Source of the DNA: Setoptus koraiensis
Taxonomy: Eukaryota > Animalia > Arthropoda
DNA: 64,000 nt
Direction: 5' to 3'
Assembly: GCA_048013815.1 (NCBI GenBank)
Contig: CM106585.1
Coordinates: 17,608,001-17,672,000 of the forward strand
The translations under genes and the position numbers were made by a program. Of this stretch, positions 56,433 through 64,000 are shown one piece after another; the stretch's first letter is position 1; every line of letters begins with the position of its first letter. Below the pieces are notes generated by a model that ran no database searches, was not told the origin of the DNA, and was given only the letters and a program-made list of their open reading frames with translations.

Positions 56433-58649
56433 TCAAACAACAAAAATCGATCTGGGTGATTTCAAATATGTTCTCCTAAAACGAGGATTTAGGCCAAGGC
56501 ATACTAATCCTACAATTGATATACATATGAAATATAGCAGTAGACATAAGCTTATATCACCATTTGATACCTTGAACTCGCCATCATCCACTCTGTCATT
56601 AGGGTGATCGCGTATTAATTTGAGAGTTTGCTCCATGTGATTTCCAACATATTTAGTATCAGCAGAGTTTTTTGAGACTATTTCCGTTTGAATATGATCA
56701 TGTCTATAGCGATTTAGAAGATATTTAAAAATTTCCTTGGTGTCCCATTTTATATCAGTGAGAACCTTGTTGGGGATATAAGGTGTATCTCTTGTGTCGA
56801 GGTAGCACTTTGGACAGTCCAACGCTGAAGGATATATCACTTCCTCCAAAGGTTTTCTCTTATTCAATTGTTTTTCATTGTTCAATCTTTCATTGACTCG
56901 ATTGTGGGTCATCCATAACCAGAGAACTGATGAATTGCGTTGAGACAATTGAGTCTCAAGAGTAGCTGACTCCTTCTTGAAATTTTCAGCGCATTCGGAG
57001 CAACCAAAATAAGTTATAATATAATCTCTCATGATATACAAGACGGAGTGCAAGTTACCCCAAGCAGGCGGAGCCTTCATGAACTCGCTCACAGTAAGTG
57101 TGTGGAAAGTTAGCCATAGAGAGCAAGGATACCCTTTATGAAAAGTCTCAGATTCACTACATGAAACCCATTCATTTGCTTGGGCCGATATATTTGAAGA
57201 CGGATTGTTCTCTATATCGGATAGGATGGCATTGAGTTCACGATGAGTTAAGCCGGTCTTCTCGAAGCGAGAGTTATTGGCGTCTAAACGTGCATTGAAA
57301 GCATTCAGAAAGTTGCCGGTTACTTCGCTCCATTGTGCAACTGGAAGAAACTTGAGGAAAACTCCTAGTAGATTTTTGATGATTAAATACTCGTTCGGAG
57401 CAATGTCTCCCCTAGCTTGAATTTCATGATGGAATATGTAGCGAATGGAATTAATAATATCCATGGAATAAACCTTTTTCTTACCATCTGGATAGGTGGA
57501 ATCTTTCAATTGTGCAGTTTCTTCAAAAGGACTTTTGACAAGAGGAAAAGCTTCGTCGGAGTGGTCTTTTGGTGGAATACTCTTGTTTCTGTTCAAGGTT
57601 TCCAGTTCAATGGAGTAGTACGACTCGAGAAACTGTTTAAATTTATTGTACATCCTGTCCTCTTGATCCGTTTCCTCGTCATTTGATGAGAACGTTACGT
57701 CGGATCCCTTCAATAGTAACTGATTTACTACCTTGCGACTTCCTGAACTGTTTTCTGCATATCTTACAAGAATAGGCATTAACTTACTGAGTTCATTCAT
57801 AGTAATTGGTAAAGTCAATAATTTTATAAACGAAGTATTATTAGCAAACACTGTTCTAAGTTCCAATTTATGACTCAACAATGAAAATTCTAAAATTAGC
57901 TTCCTGCCAAGAAAGGAATTATCCGGTTCAATAATAAACAGAATGTCCCTTTGTTCATCGTTAACTTTCTCACTGTAAATTGATTTTAGTTCGTTTGGGT
58001 CGAGCTCAGCAACAGGATTTAGAGCACGTAAAGTAGATGGAATATTTTTTCTGTCTTTTAGTTTCATTAGATACTCTATTATACCCTCCTCTATTCCATC
58101 TATATCCCAATTCATTTTAAGATCTCTGAAATTGGTAGGTGGATCTTTGGGATCTTGAGCAATTGCATTCGGAGGAAATATAAGTATAGTAGGATAGCCT
58201 TGAATATTGTTTTCTGAGCATGTTGGTATATTTTCGTCTCTAGAGCAATCAACACCTGCTATCTTCACAAGTGGGCTCCAATTTTTAAGTCTTGTAGCAA
58301 CCTCTTTGTAGATGGGGGCAAACATTTGACAGTGACCACAAAATGAATTGTAGAATTCTACCACAAATGTTGTGTTTTTGTTAGTGTGAAACACTGTAGG
58401 AATGAATGAGGTCGCATTCAGTCGTATCACATCATCTTTATCAGTATACAAATCAGTAATGGTGGTGTCCTCTTTAAGAAAAGTGAGCGAGCTGACATAA
58501 CCAAACATTATTGTTGTTATTAAAGATACGATTATCAGCCTGTAAGTAGTGTTAGTTATCCATTGATTTTGTGATCCTTTCTTGGGTCGATCGCGCCACC
58601 ATTTTGTGGTGGAAGATCTTATCTCATAGTTTCTCAAATATGTTTCCAT
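56433..58649 (-). CDS. QSOX1: Quiescin sulfhydryl oxidase (thioredoxin + ERV/ALR domains), 738 aa, intronless
   Basis: N-terminal hydrophobic signal/anchor, Trx VEFYNSFCGHC, GYPCSLWLTFHTL, ERV FGCSECAENF, LWLWMTHNRVNERL, YPSALDCPKC, C-terminal TM helix. Confidence 0.95.
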   Translation of the reverse strand: METYLRNYEIRSSTTKWWRDRPKKGSQNQWITNTTYRLIIVSLITTIMFGYVSSLTFLKEDTTITDLYTDKDDVIRLNATSFIPTVFHTNKNTTFVVEFYNSFCGHCQMFAPIYKEVATRLKNWSPLVKIAGVDCSRDENIPTCSENNIQGYPTILIFPPNAIAQDPKDPPTNFRDLKMNWDIDGIEEGIIEYLMKLKDRKNIPSTLRALNPVAELDPNELKSIYSEKVNDEQRDILFIIEPDNSFLGRKLILEFSLLSHKLELRTVFANNTSFIKLLTLPITMNELSKLMPILVRYAENSSGSRKVVNQLLLKGSDVTFSSNDEETDQEDRMYNKFKQFLESYYSIELETLNRNKSIPPKDHSDEAFPLVKSPFEETAQLKDSTYPDGKKKVYSMDIINSIRYIFHHEIQARGDIAPNEYLIIKNLLGVFLKFLPVAQWSEVTGNFLNAFNARLDANNSRFEKTGLTHRELNAILSDIENNPSSNISAQANEWVSCSESETFHKGYPCSLWLTFHTLTVSEFMKAPPAWGNLHSVLYIMRDYIITYFGCSECAENFKKESATLETQLSQRNSSVLWLWMTHNRVNERLNNEKQLNKRKPLEEVIYPSALDCPKCYLDTRDTPYIPNKVLTDIKWDTKEIFKYLLNRYRHDHIQTEIVSKNSADTKYVGNHMEQTLKLIRDHPNDRVDDGEFKVSNGDISLCLLLYFICISIVGLVCLGLNPRFRRTYLKSPRSIFVV

Positions 58650-59273
58650 TCTAAATTGAAAATTAAGTATATATTAAGTAGCTCAAATATTGCCTTCGTG
58701 AAAAATAAATTAATCATCCATCAGTCATCGATGTAAGTACAGAAAGCGGAACAAACACGTTCTTCACGAATATCCGTATTGCATGTACATCTGGTTGTAA
58801 ATCTTGGTTTGGGTGTATTATCTGATTCAAAGGCTCATCGTGAGAGAACGCTTTTTTTTCATTGTGATTGTTGTCTCTAATGTTTGAGTATGAGTTGATA
58901 GGAAACTAAAGTGTTAAGTAGTGAATAAAATAATTTTTGTATAAAAATCACCAGATGGGAATTGAATATATAGTGGCTGTCATCTTGCTATATTTTGTTT
59001 CGTTCCAACACCGCCAAGGAGTTGCCATTAAAATTATTTTATGAGTCTACAGTGCTCGTTGCGTGTATTTCGTAGACGCACAGCGATACAGGCTAAACCA
59101 TCATATGATGGACAAAATCTTCATGCGCTATCCAATCATTTCTGTGACATAATCAAGAATTAATTTTACTATTATCATATATGCCCTCTTATACACATTT
59201 CATTGACAGTATATAATTAATTATTAACCTTTAACGACAGCATCATCAGAGAAACTAGGAAGTTAGGAAAAAT

Positions 59274-59672
59274 ATGAATAGGAATTTATTTAAGCTGATA
59301 TTCAACAAGGCCTTGTTCTCGACAAAAGCAACCAAGGAGACCGTTTCGGTCACATTTACAAAAGCTGACGGTTCAGCTACAACTGTTGATGGCCACGTTG
59401 GAGAGACACTTTTGGATGTAGTTTTAAACAACGATCTAGATTTGGATGGTTTTGGAGCTTGCGACGGAACATTGGCCTGTTCGACCTGTCATCTTATTTT
59501 CAATCAGGGCGATTACGATAAACTAAGCAAACCTTGTGATGAAGAACTGGACATGCTTGATTTAGCCCTCAATCTGACGACAACATCCAGGCTAGGTTGT
59601 CAGATTTGTCTAACAAAAAATTTAGATCCATTAAATGTTGAAGTTCCGGCCACAGTGAATGATGCTAGATAG
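59274..59672 (+). CDS. FDX1: Mitochondrial [2Fe-2S] adrenodoxin-type ferredoxin, 132 aa
   Basis: GFGACDGTLACSTCHLIF...DEELDMLDLA...SRLGCQI; the GTLAC spelling and C-terminal DAR indicate FDX1 rather than FDX2; short basic presequence. Confidence 0.95.
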   Translation: MNRNLFKLIFNKALFSTKATKETVSVTFTKADGSATTVDGHVGETLLDVVLNNDLDLDGFGACDGTLACSTCHLIFNQGDYDKLSKPCDEELDMLDLALNLTTTSRLGCQICLTKNLDPLNVEVPATVNDAR

Positions 59673-59740
59673 TTGCAGCATTAATGAATTGCCAATAGTA
59701 AATCAATAACAATAAACAGTTTCCCGGTGGTTGCTGTCGA

Positions 59741-60031
59741 TTATTTACCCCTCAGGTCGTTGGGCAATGAGAACTCGACTGTTTTTGTGAAAGGAGTTAA
59801 GGTCTGCATCTCGTCCAATTTTTTTAAGTTATAATACTCTGACAAGTGGTTCCATATGTCGTCTGGTGTTGCTTCGACACCCTTAGCACGTAATCTCTCA
59901 TATATGAACATCATGTGAAAGTGTTTGCTAATACCAACCGGTCGATAGCCTTGCATGGCATGAAATAAACAATTGATTCTTTCTGGTGTCCATTCGAACG
60001 GTTTGTTGTCCCCATCTTGAGTCATTGTCAT
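59741..60031 (-). CDS. MRGBP: MRG/MORF4L-binding protein (Eaf7 family, NuA4/TIP60 subunit), 96 aa
   Basis: WTPERINCLFHAMQGYRPVGISKHFHMMFIYERL...IWNHLSEYYNLKKLDE...FSLP matches the Eaf7/MRGBP core. Confidence 0.9.
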   Translation of the reverse strand: MTMTQDGDNKPFEWTPERINCLFHAMQGYRPVGISKHFHMMFIYERLRAKGVEATPDDIWNHLSEYYNLKKLDEMQTLTPFTKTVEFSLPNDLRGK

Positions 60032-60246
60032 TGGCTACAAGCTACAAGTATCAACGAAATGTTTTCTCTGAATATTACAGGCAAAAGGAAGGATGAATTT
60101 TTCTAATTGTGTTCTAATTGTATGGACACATGTAAATATATATATTCTAAATCGGCATGCTTGATGGTACCCGACGCATATGGTGCCGTCCGATGCGCTC
60201 TGGACGCTCCTAGCGGAATAATAACAAACTAGCTCGTATTATTGTA

Positions 60247-60255
60247 AAGATGGCG
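60247..60255 (+). promoter_or_regulatory. YY1/Pho-like motif AAGATGGCG in a CpG-rich patch upstream of MRGBP
   Basis: Match to the YY1 core in a likely divergent promoter; a short motif that may be chance. Confidence 0.2.
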
Positions 60256-60922
60256 CACGCTGCGTGCAATTCTGTGCTAACCCGTGCAGCGCGCTGCGCG
60301 CAACCAATCACTCAAGCAATTGCATTTCCATTCGCTAGATGTCTCGCCAGGTTTGCTTCTTTTCGGATTCTTTTTTCGAAACGAGTTCGACAGGTTGTTT
60401 TGGATAGTATTCGTCGTCGTCGTTGTTAGCATTGGTGGGACACACAAACAGGTTAAGGTGTAGCTTGTAAGCCGTGTAGGCAGTGAGTTGGTATCGTGTT
60501 CGTTGTTTGGCTTCGAATGCCAGTTGCGAAAAAGCTCTCGTCGAGTGCACATCTATCACATATCAAATGATTTACTATATCAGTTTGCATCTATCTCTAT
60601 CTCATTTATCATTTTTAGTGGTTGATATCTAATGGTTGATGCAACGCAATACACACACACACACACACACTCACACAACTGAAGGAAAGTCGTTAGTAAT
60701 GAGGCACCAACATGGCTATAGTTTGCACATAGCAATAGAACAACGATATTTAGCAAAAAGTAGTATCGGCAAGACGCGCAATTGAAGACAAGCCCGTGAC
60801 TACTGGCCAATCGGTAGTATGGCCAGCCAACAGTAGCAGTGAATTGTTTGTGCAATATTAATGAAGCTACCAATTAAACACACAACAACAACAACAGCAG
60901 CAGCAAATCATATAGCAACCAC

Positions 60923-61403
60923 ATGTCGTCTGGACGGATGACCGGCGATCAATTGCAAATCGTGCTAATCAATACTGACCACAATAACACACCAATTAAG
61001 ACAGGGGCCATGTTGGCACGACACAGCCGCAAGCCAGCATCGTCTCTAGGGCAGAGGCCTGACCATCAACAGGGACAATCGTCAGCAGACAACAAGTGCC
61101 AATACAAAAAAATGCTTTCATCTAAATTCATCACAAGCTATTATAATTTGCGTCGCCAGCAAACAACATGTGAACACATTGCAAAAATGAATATGAAAAG
61201 AAGGAAAAGGAAAAAGATAAATAATCACAATGACAGCTCACTGAAAGAAGATTCAATGCCACATCTTAGAAGAAACCACAACAACAAATTAGCAACGTTC
61301 AATGGTTCGGCGTCCGTCCTGCTTAATCTAGTTGTGTTTATCTTGGTAGACGTCGTCATAAGCAACCACAATAACGTCGTTTGGGCCAGCACAACCGACA
61401 AAG
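60923..61403 (+). CDS. Probable first coding exon of an unidentified secreted/membrane protein gene continuing beyond the window
   Basis: ATG in ACCACATG context; open frame ending in a hydrophobic segment VLLNLVVFILVDVVI and a donor-like AAAG|GTAAAT at 61404, followed by intron-like repeat-rich DNA. No homology recognised. Confidence 0.35.
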
Positions 61404-64000
61404 GTAAATATGACGCCTGTCACTAGCAGATGCTGTAAATCAAGCTCTCATCTATCATCCAGTTCTTTTGGAGTTGCTCTCCAGGTTAGCTCTCTATCGC
61501 TCTGTTTTTAATTAACTATTAGAAGAGAATCTTGCTTGACGTATTGACAGCATCAGCAATCACCATTGATGGATGATGCCGCTGTCGCTGCTGGTGACGA
61601 TCTTCATTGCTGGCTTTTTCGGTTGTCATTGCCGGATACGCGCCACTTGTTTGTGTGTGTGATATATAAAGATATCCACGCAAAAAATGATAAATGTTAG
61701 TCGGTGTCGCTTGCCATACAATGCTATACAATCTTAAATGTGCAATGTCATGACTGATGATTGAATGACTAGGCATGACTGCGTGACAGGCTGATGCGAT
61801 ACCGTCGCTCTCTTGTCATTTGTTTGATTGTATCATACCATTGGCAATGATTACCAATTGCAACAAATATTTAGAGCAAACTCTGGCCTGCCGAACTGAT
61901 TCGGGCCAACATAACATGTGATAGGCCGTATACAAGTGTTGCGTAAGTTACTAGTAAAAAACGGCCAGCTATTGCGAGTGAAAGTTGTATTGTGACTCAC
62001 AATTTGTGAGTCGCATAGAGCGAAAGGGACATACAGCAAAAAGGAAGGAATGATATTCAATTAGACAGCATAACTTTTTATTATTATTATCATTATTATT
62101 ATTATCCGCTCATCTGCTATCCACTGTTACTCTGTTATTCTTGATTTAGGCAATTATTAGTGGCGCTCATCACAATGGTGGTGATCGTCGTCGCTTTTGG
62201 TGCTGGATTGTAGGCAACAAGCTTTTAACGATTGCCGCCAGGCCAAGCGGTGCCTCGACCACTTTTAATGGTCGCCTTAATCACTTAACTTGCTGATACA
62301 ATCTCGCCATCTGTATCAATACTGTATCTATGCGGCCATAATCATGCTAGCATCGGCCTGGCCCGCGCGATAGTGACTTTGTTCAACTTTGAGACACACA
62401 ACTACAGACTTTTTTAGCTGGCCATTGCTGGCAAAAAGTGGACAGATCAGCAAGTAAGGCAATTATTGACATTATTTGCATTAGCGGGCATGCTTTTTTT
62501 ATTGGCAGCCAGGTGAGCAAGTGCTCAATTGGGATGGCGACTATGAGCGATCGTGTCATGTGTGTGTGAGTGTATGTGATGGACGACAAGGAATATTTAT
62601 TATATCCAAGCCAGTGATTATCACATTTACCTATCACTACACATATCAGTCAGTTTTATGTGGCTCATTTTTATGTCCATCAAATCGCAGATTCATCGAG
62701 ACTGGTCATATCACTAGATCGCTAGACTTGATGAGCCGTCCATCTAACTAGATCAATCGCTCATTATATGACCAGTTCTAATCAAATGACTTGCACTTTC
62801 TCTTATCCATTGAGCCGGCAGCCTACTCATCGCGAATTGTTGCAGGGGTCATCCTCACAACAACGACGACGTTTATCTGACATCTAACCAAGGCTAATGT
62901 GTGACATTTGAGTGCAACATTGTGCAAGACCGCGTGAAGGTGTTTATTACAAATGTCGTATAAGTGATGAGATATAAATGGGCACACTCATTGTGGCCAT
63001 TGTTTGGCCGTTGGTTGATTGTGTCAGCTGCACTTGCTGTGGCTGCCAGTGTAAGTGACCGCTAACAAGTGGCGAGCCATTATCACTGTCCATATCTGGA
63101 CTGGACTGGATTGTTGTTGCACCACACAAAAGTCATTGATGATCAATAATCAATGAGCCATAAGTGATTGTTGCTTTCATTTGTGCCGCGATCAGTATGG
63201 TTTTGGTTAATTGAATGGGGTGCGTTTGAAGCGAATCGGATCGGTTGGATTGGTTCGACTCGAGTCAAATTGAATCAAATCAAATGCATGAATGAACGAG
63301 CGCACCAACATGTCGCTGACAACCAATACTCACTCGTCCAAACATTATGACTGACACTCTCAAAGACAATTAACACGCTGACAATCAACGCTCACAACAA
63401 TCGACGCCAGCTATAATTTATAATTATAATCACTTGGTCTAGATGACTCGAACACACGCCGCTTGTCTCACCTGTCCAATATCGCCCCAGACAATGACAA
63501 TTGTAGCAAGCAGTAAAGATGAACACAACAACACCAACACCAGCACCAACAACAACAACAACAACAACAACAAGTGATTGTTTGAATAGATTGCATTGCA
63601 TACGTTGAATAGTGAACGGGGAGAAGAAGGGATCATCTCACCAGTTTTTGCGATACACTATGGTACAGGCGATAAGTGATAAGTGATAAGCAATAACTTA
63701 ACGCCAGTGGTTTTAGAAAGCGCTAACTGGGATTGTCAGTGTGTCGCTCCGTTTTTAACTTATTCCGTTGCCCACTCTAGTTCTTCTTCTTCGTCTTCTT
63801 TATTTCCGGAAACTTGCTTGCGAAATACACACACTCGCATGGAAACGCAGCACAAACGCACACAGGTGGAATGGATAACGATAATTTAAGCCGCCACAAG
63901 CTCAGCTTTCAGACTTGTTGAGACTCGTTAGCGACTAGATTATTGTTGTTGTGGTGTCGTTGAGCAGAGTGAGCGGAGAAAGAGAATAGAAGAGGATAAG

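Overview
Eukaryotic (arthropod) genomic DNA. The gene set and the mostly intron-free housekeeping genes suggest a compact acariform mite genome, possibly eriophyoid-like; this is inference, not tested. The window has two regimes. (1) Dense clusters of intronless or single-small-intron genes at 0.9-6.1 kb (TOM1, a stand-alone ATRX-type ADD protein, pyroglutamyl-peptidase I) and 40-60 kb (SMC4, RNF115/126, XK-related scramblase, an HTH-HTH-SAM protein, RASSF8, QSOX, FDX1, MRGBP). (2) A ~33 kb microsatellite- and hairpin-rich territory (6.5-39.5 kb) holding one four-exon 5-HT2B-type serotonin receptor, reconstructed as join(15406..15973,30097..30402,30820..31228,32338..33907), 950 aa, with a 14.1 kb first intron. 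Most short ORFs in the supplied track between 6.4-39.9 kb and 48-50 kb are artefacts of simple repeats. The best novelty candidate is the spliced gene at 50758..52002, which appears to fuse a Tc1/mariner-like bipartite HTH DNA-binding domain to a Polycomb (Ph/Scm)-type SAM domain. Other leads are the helicase-less ADD gene, a 95-codon in-frame extension after the PGPEP1 UGA, and a series of unrelated perfect 14-21 bp inverted repeats around the receptor. All identifications come from motif recognition by eye; no database searches were run.
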